Part shown: one piece after another, positions 12,578-27,454 of the stretch
Layout: each line of letters starts with the position of its first letter
Numbering within the stretch: position 1 is the first letter of the stretch
Origin: the human T2T-CHM13v2.0 reference genome, Homo sapiens
NCBI RefSeq assembly: GCF_009914755.1
Contig: NC_060940.1
Direction: 5' to 3' (one strand)
Length of the DNA: 64,000 nt
The notes under the pieces: generated by a model
The model's database searches: none
The model's input: only the letters and a program-made list of their open reading frames with translations
Told to the model about the DNA's origin: nothing
Translations under genes and position numbers: made by a program

Positions 12578-13113
12578 TCAGGGACAGCCCTCTGCCCTCT
12601 CCATAACCTCCTAGTGGATGCCCTTGCAGACCCCTCAGCCAGGCTTGGGTCATGTACTCATCCCTAAAAGGGTCACTGCAGTGAGTTGCCATGAAATCCC
12701 AGGCCACTCTCTGGGCTGAGGAGGGTGTGGTCTCCCCCAGGAGGCTCTGCCAACAAGGAAGAGGGGTGTGTGTTGGCCATGGGGGTGGGGAGGGGTGAGA
12801 GGCCCCAGTATCTGCCACTGGTGGAAATGGTATCAGTGAAATCCTGATCAGAAATTTGGGATGGAAAAGGAAACAATGAGAAAAGGGCTGTGGGAACCTC
12901 CTCTCCAGAGTGGTAGTTGGGCCCCCCCAGTGTGCCCCCATGGAGGCACAGGAGTGTGCAGAGTGAAGCCCCTGGAGGGGCATTCCCTCTAAGCTCCAGG
13001 GAAGATGGAACAGGGCCACCCTTTCTCCCCTGGACATGGCCTGGCCAAGCCTGGCCTGTTCACTTCTGTCCTCATGGCTCTGGATGCCTAAGGATTTCGG
13101 GCTTCCCGCACAG

Positions 13114-13854
13114 GCACTGACCCCTTCTTCCCACCACCCTATCTCCAGGAAGGCCTCCTGAATGCTCCCCACACTGACCCCTTCTTCCCACCACCCTATC
13201 TCCGGGAAGGCCTCCTGAATGCTCCCCACACTGACCCCTTCTTCCCACCACCCTATCTCCGGGAAGGCCTCCTGAATGCTCCCCACGCTGACCCCTTCTT
13301 CCCACCACCCTATCTCCGGGAAGGCCTCCTGAATGCTCCCGGCGCTGACCCCTTCTTCCCACCACCCTATCTCCGGGAAGGCCTCCTGAATGCTCCCCGC
13401 GCTGACCCCTTCTTCCCACCACCCTACCTCCAGGAAGCCCTCCTGAATGCTCCCCGCGCTGACCCCTTCTTCCCACCACCCTATCTCCGGGAAGCCCTCC
13501 TGAATGCTCCCCACGCTGGCCCCTTCTTCCCACCACCCTACCTCCGGGAAGGCCTCCTGAATGCTCCCCACGCTGGCCCCTTCTTCCCACCACCCTACCT
13601 CCGGGAAGCCCTCCTGAATGCTCCCCACGCTGGCCCCTTCTTCCCACCACCCTACCTCCAGGAAGCCCTCCTGAATGCTCCCCGCGCTGACCCCTTCTTC
13701 CCACCACCCTATCTCCGGGAAGGCCTCCTGAATGCTCCCCACACTGACCCCTTCTTCCCACCACCCTACCTCCGGGAAGGCCTCCTGAATGCTCCCCGCG
13801 CTGACCCCTTCTTCCCACCACCCTACCTCCGGGAAGGCCTCCTGAATACTCCCC
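13114..13854. repeat. 57-bp minisatellite, 13 copies, MPG intron 2 (matches the alpha-globin 5'HVR VNTR)
   Basis: Unit ACACTGACCCCTTCTTCCCACCACCCTATCTCCGGGAAGGCCTCCTGAATGCTCCCC. The 5'HVR name is assigned from unit length and position. Confidence 0.93.
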
Positions 13855-14652
13855 CGGCGAGCATCTAAGCTCCAGTGCCCCTCCTCCCCAGCCCGTGATA
13901 CTGACCATGGCCTTTGGCACCACAGGGCTTCGTGGGCTGAGGTGAAGGTAGCCTGGCTGTCCAGCTGACCTATCTGGCCTAAAAACGAGAGGTGCAGGGG
14001 ATGTGGTTGGTCCCCAGTGCTCTGCTGTTAACTCTGGGGCTCCGAGCAGTGACACAACTGTTGGCCGTTACCAGGACCATGGTCCAGGCTGGGGCACCGT
14101 GGGGCAGCTGGACCTACTGCTCAGAAAGCCGGAGGGTGGGAGCTGAGTATGAGGGTCCCTTGTGGCCACCTCAGCAGCCCAGGTTTAGGGGACTTCACGG
14201 GCTCTGGGATTGCCCAGGTAGCTGGTGTGGGGACATCCTTGGGGTCCTGTGCCTTCCGTGATGCCTGGCCTCGTGCTAAATGCTGATGGTTTTCTCAAGG
14301 GCACTTGGGAAAGGAGGAATCTGGGGAATGGAGGGTCCTGCTGAGAGGACTTGACCTGCAAGGTGAATCCATGACTGCCGGTTCCCAGCCCAGCCTGGCT
14401 GTGGCCTGAGGTATCTTCGGCCTGCGGTCTGGTTGTCTAGCAGGGCTGGAGGAGACAACTGGTGCCCTCAATAGCCACATTCAGCCTCAGCAGGAGCAAG
14501 AGAAGAGGCAGGATGGAGACGGGGCAAGGTCCCTGGCTAGACCTGGGCGGCTGACACACCCTGAGCTGGGGAGATGAGGTCCAGGCTGGGCACTGTTAGG
14601 GTGAGTGGACCCCCATCCCTTCCCGCCCTGAGCAGAAACTGACTGCCCACAG

Positions 14653-14857
14653 GTCCTAGTCCGGCGACTTCCTAATGGCACAGAACTCCGAGGCCGCATC
14701 GTGGAGACCGAGGCATACCTGGGGCCAGAGGATGAAGCCGCCCACTCAAGGGGTGGCCGGCAGACCCCCCGCAACCGAGGCATGTTCATGAAGCCGGGGA
14801 CCCTGTACGTGTACATCATTTACGGCATGTACTTCTGCATGAACATCTCCAGCCAGG
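14653..14857 (+). CDS. MPG: MPG exon 3 (VLVRR...IVETEAY...[15 protein letters not shown]), catalytic core of 3-methyladenine DNA glycosylase
   Basis: CACAG| acceptor, G|GTGAGC donor, 205 nt. Contains the catalytic ETEAY motif and the intercalating Tyr of IIYGM. Confidence 0.97.
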
Positions 14858-15031
14858 GTGAGCAGTGCTGGGGCACGGGGGGTTGGAGGGCCGGCAGAGC
14901 CCTGTCCGCTAGCAGCCAGGGGACCACTAGGAGGACTGAGGTGGGGCCAGCATTTGAGCGAGGAGGTGCCACTTCCAGGCCAGGCCAGGGTTTCGGGAGC
15001 TCTGGCTACGCTGACGGGGCAGGGCTGGTTA

Positions 15032-15610
<579 letters not shown>

Positions 15611-17001
15611 TCAGGATGTGGGACTTGGATGTGTTCTGTGTGAAGGAGCCAGGGCACGGGGCTGTGGTGATGAGGGCGGCCAGGCTTTGACTCATTTGCA
15701 GGCGGCTCTGTGGGGGCTCAGTGAGACAACGAGGGGCGTGTGCCCTGCACCCACAGGGATGTAGAGGGTCCTGCTCCTCCCTACTGAGGTGGGTCAGGGT
15801 GGGCAGCAGGCACCCCACCTGGTGAGCTGGAAGCAGCGTGGGAATCACAGAATGGACGGGAACTTAAAGGCTTTGCTTGGCCTGGATTTTATCTTGAAAT
15901 ACTTTTGACAGCTGGCTGGTTGAGGGTATCTGCTCACAGGAACGCCGCATTTGCTGGCTTTGTCCACTAGTGCTCGCCCCTGGCTGCTGATGCGGAGCCT
16001 CACGTGGCCGCAGCCCAAGAGTAGGGACTGGCTTGGCCACCTACAGGCTAAGCTTCGGGCTCCCAGGTGGCTGGGAGGGCCAGGGGTGCACAGGTGCATC
16101 AGAGCAGGTGCTGCCTTGCTGGAGGGCCAGGGCTCTTCTGGCCAGGGTCCAGGTCATCATTGTCCCCAGCCAGGAATCCAAGGGGCCTTTCCAAACCTGC
16201 AGGGCAGAGGGAATTCGGGTATCTGTGCTTGAGTGAGCCCCTGGGCCCAGGAGCCTTCGCTTGCTGTCTCTGTTTCTCAAGGGGCCTGGCCTGGTGAGGG
16301 AGGGGGCTAGGCTGGAGGAGGGATCCCAAGGGAGGTGAGGGGGCTTCGTCAGCCTCCTCCTGCCCTGCCTGTGCAGGGTGTTGCAGTCAGTCCTTCCACT
16401 GAGTCATTGCATGGGCTCTCCCAACATCCGGTGCACACTGGCAGCTGCTCTAAGCCAACTCCTAGCCCCCACCACTTGACCAACACAAACACTGAGTGGG
16501 TGAGGCAGAAGGGGAGCGCTGGGGCCTGGCTAGGCCAAGGCTTCCTGCTTCCTGGCTGAATGATCGCACCCGAGGACTGGCTCTCTGGAGCTTCCTTTGC
16601 TGGCTTTATAGCTGCTGCCAGTCACAAGACCAGGGGAAGCCAGGTGGAAAGGAACTGATACCCAGCATTTGTCATGTGTTTTTAACAGTCTGGCTTTGTG
16701 GGGGCGGCCACAGTGGGGGAGGCCCTGCCTGGTGGTGGAAGCCAGAGGTGCCCACAGGAGGCACACCTCATGGTGCAGGCTTGGAGGATGGCAAGGTAGG
16801 CAGAGGGGTCTGGACACAGTGAGGTGCAGCCCCCTCCCACCAGGTCAGACCCAGGAGATGGTGCAGGTGCACAGAGCAGGTCCCTGGCCCAGGCAGGAAG
16901 GCAGCTGCACCCTCCCTGCAGCACAGGATGTCTGGATGTGTACTAGGGCAGAGAGGACAGGAGCCTAGGGAGGCTCCACTTCCAAACTGTCCGTCCCACA
17001 G

Positions 17002-17378
17002 GGGACGGGGCTTGCGTCTTGCTGCGAGCACTGGAGCCCCTGGAAGGTCTGGAGACCATGCGTCAGCTTCGCAGCACCCTCCGGAAAGGCACCGCCAGCC
17101 GTGTCCTCAAGGACCGCGAGCTCTGCAGTGGCCCCTCCAAGCTGTGCCAGGCCCTGGCCATCAACAAGAGCTTTGACCAGAGGGACCTGGCACAGGATGA
17201 AGCTGTATGGCTGGAGCGTGGTCCCCTGGAGCCCAGTGAGCCGGCTGTAGTGGCAGCAGCCCGGGTGGGCGTCGGCCATGCAGGGGAGTGGGCCCGGAAA
17301 CCCCTCCGCTTCTATGTCCGGGGCAGCCCCTGGGTCAGTGTGGTCGACAGAGTGGCTGAGCAGGACACACAGGCCTGA
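17002..17378 (+). CDS. MPG: MPG exon 4 coding part (GDGACVLLRALEP...AEQDTQA*)
   Basis: CACAG| acceptor, phase matches exon 3; GPSKLCQAL and RVGV motifs; TGA at 17376-17378. Confidence 0.97.
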
Positions 17379-17423
17379 GCAAAGGGCCTGCCCAGACAAG
17401 ATTTTTTAATTGTTTAAAAACCG

Positions 17424-17429
17424 AATAAA
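17424..17429 (+). terminator. MPG poly(A) signal AATAAA
   Basis: AATAAA about 45 nt after the MPG stop codon. Confidence 0.88.
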
Positions 17430-17432
17430 TGT

Positions 17433-17438
17433 TTTATT
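17433..17438 (-). terminator. NPRL3 poly(A) signal AATAAA
   Basis: TTTATT on the + strand, about 870 nt downstream of the NPRL3 stop codon. Confidence 0.82.
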
Positions 17439-18305
17439 TCTAGAAAACTGTGCCTTAGCCAGAGCTCCTCTAGGTGATCAACCCATGTCTGGAGCTAGCT
17501 CTTCCTCCAGGACACGAGAGCTGGGGGCCTGAGTACGTAGCGCCAGGCCCGGTGTGGATGCTGGGGAGAATCATCAGTGTGGGAGCCGAAAGCCCCCGAG
17601 GGTGGGGTCCTGCACAGTGGGCCATGCCTCCACCAGCAAGATGTGCACAGGTGACAGGGCTTCTCCAGCCTAGCAGGGCCAGCCCAGGCCCTCGTGCCCC
17701 AGATGGTCAGGACCAGGTCACAGCTTGGCTATGAGCCTGTTTGTGGCTTCTGTGGACTGTGGTGAGGACTGGGCCAGGAAAGGCTCAGGGTAGCCTGGGA
17801 GGAAGAAGCGCATGGCAGACAGAGGTGCTGGGGAGGGGGCCACAGGGCACTTCACAAATGGAAGGCTGTCAGAGAGACAGGGACAGGCCACACAAGTGTT
17901 TCTGCACATTCTTCAGGGTGGCCACAGACTGGGGGGTCCAAGGAGCAGGTGTAGGGACAGAAGGAGGGTCTGAGAAACGCACAGCCCACATGGGCCTTGA
18001 AGGATGCGGCCTCACCCAGAGACAGGAGTCCTGGCAGGCCCCCCTCCAGCGTGGAGATGCCTACGCGTGCGGCAAGGACTGGAGGGAAGCGTAGGAACAC
18101 AGAGGGCAGCAGCCCCACAGCGGAACCACCAGGGGCAAGGACAGCGGGGCTCTGCAGGCTTCACTGGGCCACGGCCAGCCCGCATCCACCCAATGCCAGG
18201 CCTCAGGGCCAAGAGGGCTCAGCCTCAGCACGGGGGGAGCCCTGGGGTGGGGAGACGCGAGCGCCCACCTGCGCACCCCAGCAGCCTTCCGCCCTCCGCC
18301 TGGGC

Positions 18306-18548
<243 letters not shown>

Positions 18549-18829
18549 TCAGCTCTGAGCTGCCCACAGGCCTGAACAGAGCTGGTGGTGAAGGCCAGGG
18601 AGGCAGCCACCACAGCCCCCCAACAAGGGTGGGCAGGCCTCCTGGACCCCATGCCCACCACGGTCCCGCTGACCACCAGGTGGGCGGAGTGGGTTCAGGA
18701 CGGCAGACGGCTGTTCAAACCCAGAGGTGCCCAAGCCTGCGTCCTGATGTTGGGACCAGGGTTCTGCTGGTGGCTTCTTTTTCGTGCTACAGTGAGTCCC
18801 ACGTAGCTCTGGAGCCAAATGGTCACTGC

Positions 18830-19470
18830 TTTTTTTTTTCCTTTTTTTGAGAGACGGAGTCTCACTCAGTCACCCAGGCTAGATTGCAGTGGCTCGATCT
18901 CAGCTCACTGCAACCTCCCGCCTCCCAGATTCAAGCGATTCTCCTGCGTCAGCTTCCCAGGTAAGCTGGGACTACAGGAGTGCGCTACCACACCTGGCTA
19001 ATTTCTCTCTTTTTTAGTAGAGACAGGGTTTCATTATATGTTGGCCAGGCTGGTCTCGAACTCCTGAACTCAGGTGATCCACCCACCTCAGCCTCCCAAA
19101 GTGCTGAGATTATAACCGTGAGCCACTGTGCCCAGCCTCCTTTTTTTTTTTTTGAGACGGAGTCTCGCTCTGCTGCCCAGGCTGGAGGTGCAGTGGCGCG
19201 ATCTGGGCTCACTGCACCTCCCGCCTTCCCGCCATTCTCCTCCTCCCGCCAAGCTCCGCCTCCTGCCTTCAGGCCATTCTCCTGCCTCAGCCTCCCCAGT
19301 AGCTGGGACTACAGGCGCCCGCCACCACACCCAGCTAATTTTTTGTATTTTTTAGTAGAGACGGGGTTTCACCATGTTAGCCAGGATGATCTCGATCTCC
19401 TGACCTCGTGATCCACCCACCTCAGCCTCCCAAAGTGCTGGGATTACAGGCATGAGCCACCGCGCCTGAC
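18830..19470 (-). mobile_element. Two tandem Alus
   Basis: Two antisense dimers, each led by poly(T). Confidence 0.9.
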
Positions 19471-19826
19471 TTTTTTTTTTTTTTTTAATGTCACCATCAT
19501 TTGGAAGGTCACTGCTTTAGGGTGCTTTCTGCAACTCAGGCTGGCACAGAGGAGGCTAGGATGCAGGTGAGACCTGGACCAGCTGCTCAGAAGAGTTGCA
19601 AGTGGTTCTCTCGAGGGCTGAGTGTGGTTCTTAACCGGAAACTCAGTCCCTGACAACCCGACCACTCCCGGGAAACTATGCCCCTGCACTGTCCCCCAAG
19701 TCAGGGTGGGGCTGACAGAGACCACTGAGCCACATCACCTTTAACATGGGGGACCCTGGATGCCCGCAGGGCTTACAGTCCTGGGCAAACCCCTGCCAAG
19801 TCCCATGAGGGTGAGAACTTGGCACT

Positions 19827-20000
19827 TAAATTAGCCGGGCGTGGTGGCGGGCGCCTGTAGTCCCAGCTACTCAGGAGGCTGAGGCAGGAGAATGGCGTGA
19901 ACCCGGGAAGCGGAGCTTGCAGTGAGCCGAGATTGCGCCACTGCAGTCCGCAGTCCGGCCTGGGTGACAGAGCGAGACTCCGTCTCAAAAAAAAAAAAAA
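19827..20000 (+). mobile_element. 5'-truncated AluYb8/Yb9-type element
   Basis: Diagnostic 7-bp duplication CAGTCCGCAGTCCG; TSD AGAACTTGGCACT at 19814-19826 and 20000-20012. Confidence 0.88.
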
Positions 20001-20282
20001 GAACTTGGCACTGCCTCTCAAGGGAAAAGGAACATCTAAGAAGTACTGGAGAGAGAAGAGTCCGAAAAATAGGCATGCCAGGCCCATGGCCCGGCGTCTT
20101 GGTGACAAGCCGAACCCTCAGGCCTGGGCAGTGGCACCTGCCCCTACACACCTGAATGCAGAGACTCCATCTCGAACAGGGCCCCATCTGTTCTCAGTGG
20201 ATTTGGTGGTTCTGTTGCGTACGTCCCTATCCACTTTCTGCCCTGACCCTGCAACTGGCCCCAGTCCCAACGGGTCAACCTA

Positions 20283-20498
<216 letters not shown>

Positions 20499-21278
20499 TC
20501 AGGGTGACCAAGTGGAATTCCAGGACACCCAGGGGAACAGCGAGGGCAGAGCCAGCAGCCAGCCTCCAATGACACCCCTAACTCCTACAAGGGTTAGGGT
20601 ACATCTGCCTGCAAGCATTCGCTGCTGCCCCACCTCCTGGGTGTGACACGCCCCTCATACGGCTGACTTGGGAAACGGGTAGCCTCCCCTCTGGGGGCAA
20701 CCTCAAGGGACCTGAACAGAGGTGCGATGTGTGCCCCACAAACACCCCAAGGTGGGCCTGGGCATCCTGTCCCTCACCCAGGATGGAGGACAAAGCACCC
20801 TGGGCAGGTGGGGTCCTCACATGAAGCATGAAGCCTACAGCCAGACCTCAGCCAAGGGGGGACTTTCAAAGTCTTCCACCCCCTTCCTTCCCCAAGCCTG
20901 GGGACCGGGGACCTGGGACCTGGCAACAGGCTGCTGCCCTCAAGCCACACTGGCCATGACAGCTCTTCTGGGGCGCAGAGGTGTCAGCTGTCCTGGTAGT
21001 GGTATGAGATCCTGCTCTGCTCCCAGGCTGGGGCAGAGATTCCAGCACTGATTTGCTGGGCTGGGAGCTGCCCCTAATTCTAGCAAGCCTGCTGAAGAGC
21101 CCGGAGACAGAGCTGCCACCTCAGAGTCACGGTGGTGCTAGGAGACAGGAGAGGTGTCTCCACGGGGGACACGAGGCACGTGCATGTGCGTGTGCAGCTG
21201 TGTGGAGGCCCCTCATCACTCACAGCACCGCCCACGTTGAGCCTCCTGGATGCCACCCCCAAGCGTCTCCCCTGACTA

Positions 21279-21569
<291 letters not shown>

Positions 21570-22415
21570 CTAGACATGGCCACAGCACGCTCCCTGTGCT
21601 GACGCACAGGCAGAAAGGCCCTCTTCTCAGAAAGGGAGCCCCCAGCTGCCAGCCAGCTCTGCAAGGCCCGCTCACCCTCCTGGGAAGGGAGAGGGGCCAG
21701 GGGAACATCTGGATCACACCTGCACAGGCTCCCACCACACACCGGGGCCACCCAGCATCTGGCTGAGGAGCAGGACCTGAGACGTGGAGGCCCCTGTGAC
21801 TGCTTCGCTGAGCAAACCCCCCACCCTGTGCTGCTGCAGCTGCCCCTCTGCCTCCTCTCTTCTTTGGCCCACTGGCCCTGGAGTTGGACCCAGCCAGCAA
21901 GTCCACCTCCACACAAGCCCAGACACTGTTTAAAAAGAGGCTGTGGGCAGGTACCCTGAGAGCAGAAAGTCCTCTCCTTGGATCTACCTGAAAGTCCACC
22001 CTGAGCACAAGAGTGGATCCACAAGAAAGCTGAGGCCAGTGACCCTGGGCTTGGGGGTGGAGCACCCCACCCCCACCCCCACCGTGAGAAGGCACGTCCT
22101 GGCCAGGCCCTCCAATGTCTCTGGGTTAGCAGGTGGGGCTGGCAGTGAGGAGCAGTGAGGAGCCTTGTGCCAGGTAGAGTCCAGTCCCCATGAGAAAGTA
22201 CTGCCCAGACTCAGGCGTTGAACAGTAAGGAGCGTGAGACACATCAGTGTCCTCAGATACACATCTGTCTACTCATCTCTGGGAGGGTCAACAAGGAGCT
22301 GCTGGCCAGGGTCACCTCCTGGGAGGGGGCTGGGGAACTGGGGATGGGAATGGGGGATATATCCCAGGCAAGTAAGAAGACTTGGTCAAAAGGACTGCAA
22401 GATATCCAGACTTCA

Positions 22416-22990
<575 letters not shown>

Positions 22991-24139
22991 AGAGGGGCTT
23001 CCCAGCACTGGAGCCCAGGCAGAACCTGGCTGACCTAGGCCCCTTGACAAGGCCTGGAGCAACCACTCAGTCATGGCCTGGAAAAGCCACTCCGTTATCT
23101 AGACCACAGGAGGCCTCTGAGAAGGGAGCACCAGCAGCTCCTCCCTAAGCACTGCCCCAAGAGCAGGGGTGCAGAGAGTGCCTTTTATTCAGCTGGTACA
23201 ACCTGGCTCAGCTCCCAGAAACCAAGGGCTCTGTGAAAGACCGCACTGAGAGCTCTGTCAGGTTTAGCGTCTAACGGAGCTGAAAAGCCAGAATCGTTCT
23301 CATTCGTAATTTGAGAACGGAAAGGGTTTAACTTTAAGGACTGGTTTTGCCTAATAGATCTGGCACTTACTCAGATACTTCTGGAGACAAAGACTTGAGA
23401 ACACCCAGCTCGTCTGTCTCCAACACCGTATCCTATCTGGCCCTGCTCTGAGTCTCTGCCCAGAACTCAGTGGAGGGGAGGATGGCAAAGCCACCTCAGC
23501 ACAAGGCTATGACACCTGCAGCCCACAGGGGAAGCCACTGGCCCTGCCACAGATGCAGGTGCACCAGTTCATCCCACAGACCTGCAGGAGGCCTCCTATC
23601 CCCCAGCCACTCCTAGCTCCCAACCTGCCTGCCCGTTGCCCTGATCCAGGCCCACTAGGGTCCTCTCTAGGCTCTCTTGAATGAGGAGATTCTGGGGACC
23701 AGTGACCCCAGAACTCATACCCACAGACCCTGTGGCCACCTGAACCATGGCAGGGAGTGAAGACAGAAGCAGAACTCTCAGAGGGTCAGGCCTGGCCCAG
23801 TGAGAACAAAACTGCCTTTGCACCCTCATCTGTAGGCAGTCCCCAGTCCCAAAGGGGTACAAGGCAGGTCTGTAGGCCCAGAAAAGGTAAGCACTCTCCT
23901 GCTTAACTCGGTTCTAACACTAAAAACTGCCTGCCACAGCCAGGGTGGGCTCTATGGGGAGGGAACAACTGCTCAAGTGTTGGGTCACTGGCCAAGCATC
24001 TGCAGGTGGCCCGGCAGCTGACTTTTGGGTCCTGCTGGGCACGTAGCACTTGCACGGCAAGCCCCCAAAACCAAGGAGAAGCAGGTGGCAGTGCTGAGGG
24101 CTCTCAGATCAGAACCAACAGCCAGGCAGGTAGTGCCTA

Positions 24140-24550
<411 letters not shown>

Positions 24551-24809
24551 TCAAGGTGGATTAGAAGAGCCAGCCTGGAGGAGGGGGCCAGGCATATGGG
24601 GGACACAGGAGAGCCACAGAGCACAGAGCCAGACCAGAATTGGGACCTGGGTATGCTAGTGGCCAGGAGTTAGGCTGAAGTGAGAGCCTGGCCTTGGGGC
24701 TTCCACAGCCTTTGGTGCCTGGCCAACACAGAGAACAGCATCTGGAGGGCCCTGCCAGCCTCACCCCTTCCCACTCGGGGCTCCAGGCTCTGGCAGCCAG
24801 CAGCACTCA

Positions 24810-24974
<165 letters not shown>

Positions 24975-25157
24975 TCAGCAGCTCTCAGCCTGGGTGGCCA
25001 TGGCCTACCAGCCTGGAGAAGCTGGCCCCAGCCTCATGCAGAACACACCTGGTGGCTATGGCCCGAGACTTCCTCCCTAACGTGGAATAGCACCTTCGCA
25101 ACCTCTCACTAGGATGTGGGGCACAGCCAGCACACAGCACTTTCTGTGAGCAATGGT

Positions 25158-25452
25158 TTTTTTTTTTTTTTTTTTGGAGACAGTCTTGCTCTGTCGCCCA
25201 GGCTGGAGTGCAGTGGCACAATCTCAGCTCACTGCAACCTCTTGCCTCCCAGGTTCAAGCGATTCTCCTGCCTCAGCCTCCTGAGTAGCTGGGATTACAG
25301 GCACATGCCACCACGCCCAGCTAATTTTTGTATTTTTAGTAGAGACAGGGTTTCACCATGTTGGCCAGGATGGTCTCGATCTGACCTCGTGATCCACCCA
25401 CCTTGGCCTTCCAAAGTGCTGGGATTACAGGCATGAGCCACCGCACCCGGCC
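25158..25452 (-). mobile_element. Alu
   Basis: Antisense dimer. Confidence 0.9.
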
Positions 25453-26059
25453 ACAATGGCCTTTTTGTCACTGCTCCCTGTGCTGTTTGGTGGCACTGTT
25501 TTCCCATCCTATGCTGTCTTGACTCCCACTGAAGAATGGTGGTCTCAGGCCACAAGCATGGGAATGTCTGGGGTGCTGGGAACACAGTGCTGGCCCAGCT
25601 GGGCAGGGGGCTTAGCTGGATGTCCTGGCAGGGGCACAGCCCTCTTATACCCCCTAAAACTCCAGCATGGCCTTGCCCCGATGATGGGTGTGGAGTCACT
25701 CAGCATGCCACCCCTACATACCCAAAGGCCCCAGGTCTGCCCCATGTGCCCCGACTCCCACAGAGACCCCCCTCCCAGCTTTGCTCTTGTGGACCCTTGA
25801 ACATCAGGAAACACAAACACAACCCAAACCCCTTCCAGAGGAAAGCTCAGGCCTGAGGTCTGAGAGCACAGCACCCCAGCACTTCACGAAAAGGTGTGTG
25901 AAATCCTAAGCTCTCGCACTTCTGCCTCTGCATCAGCCCAGGACACCACTCCACCCTCTTGGCGGGTAGGCCTCTGTGGAGGTGAGTCACCCCTGCCTGG
26001 ACACCGTGCTGCCCTGCTGCTGAGGACACTTATACCTCAGCTCAGAAAACAGGGCCTCC

Positions 26060-26302
26060 AGACTGAGTGAGTGGCTCATGCCTGTAGTCCCAGCATTTTG
26101 GGAGGGCAAGGCAGGAGGATCGCCTGAACCTCGGAGTTCGAGACCAACCTGGGCAATATAGTGAGACCCTCATCTCTGCCAAAAATTTTTATTTAATTAG
26201 CCAGGCACTGCGGCACATGCCTGTAGTCCCAGCTACTTGGAGGCTGAGACAGGAGGATTGCTTGCACCTGGGAGGTGGGGGTTGCAGTGAGCCAAGATTG
26301 TG
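26060..26302 (+). mobile_element. Old Alu (AluJ-like), 3' truncated
   Basis: Diverged Alu consensus. Confidence 0.82.
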
Positions 26303-26494
26303 CGAGTAGTGCCCCCAATGGCTCCGCCAACCCCGACATGGCAGGTTTCAGCTCCATCACCGCCCTGTTCCCTCACCCCACGTGCCACTCGCATGTCTCT
26401 CTCAAAAAGACACCCCCACTTTCCCCCAGCTCTGCTCAGCATAGTGGTCTCCACCTCCTGCCTCTCCCTGCAGCAGCCTCTCCAAGATGCTGTC

Positions 26495-26861
26495 CATTCT
26501 GGAAATTGAAAATCCAAAATCAGTACTTAAGGGCAAGCATAAGGTGCCAGCAGGACCAGGCTCCCTCTGGAAGCTCCAGAAGAGAATTCGTCCTGCCTCT
26601 TCAACGGCCAGTGTCTCTTGGCTTGCGGTCACGTCACTCCACTCTGTCTCTGTGGCCACATCGCTGCCTCTTTTTATCAGATCTTCCTCTGCCTCCCTCT
26701 GATAAGGGCCTTAGAGATTACATTTAGAGCTCAACAGGATGATCTTCCCATCTCAAGATCTTCTACTTAGTAACATCTCCAAAGTCCCACATGAGTTCAC
26801 ATTCATAGATTTTGGGGATTAGGATGTGTATATCTGTGGGGGCCATTATTCAGCCAATCAC
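26495..26861. mobile_element. MLT1 (MaLR) LTR fragment
   Basis: AAGGTGCCAGCAGG...CCCATCTCAAGATC...GGGGCCATTATTCAGCC resembles MLT1 LTRs. Confidence 0.7.
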
Positions 26862-26910
26862 AACGAATATACAGCACGATCCTAATTTTCATAATACAAA
26901 ATAAAATGTT

Positions 26911-26970
<60 letters not shown>
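26911..26970. repeat. Compound microsatellite (TG)n(TA)n(CA)n
   Basis: Read directly. Confidence 0.95.
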
Positions 26971-27155
26971 ATAAAATGTATATATACAGATAAAAAACCT
27001 GGAGGGATCTAGGTTACCTGTGGGATATGGGACTGTGGGAACTTTCTGTGTCTATAATTTGTGTAGTGTTTGAAGTCTTGTAACATACTAATTTTATCAT
27101 GACACACCCAAAATTTACTTGTAGATTCTCTCTGGATTGATATAAACATGAAGAA

Positions 27156-27454
27156 TTTTATTTTATTTTATTTTTTGAGACTGGGTCTTGCTCTGTTGCC
27201 CAGACTGCAGTGTGTAAAATCACAATTCACTGCAGCCTCGAACACCAGGGCTCAAGTGATCCTCCCACCTCAGCCTCCTGAGTAGCTGGGACCATGGGCA
27301 CACACCACCATGCCCAGCTAATTATTTAATTTTCTGTAAAGACAGGGTCTTCCTATGTTGCCTAGGCTGGTCGTGACCTCCTGGGCTTAGGCAATCCTCC
27401 TGCCTCATCCTCCCAAAGTGCTGGGATTACAGGCATGAGCCACTGCACCCAGCC
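27156..27454 (-). mobile_element. AluJ-like
   Basis: Diverged antisense dimer. Confidence 0.85.
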
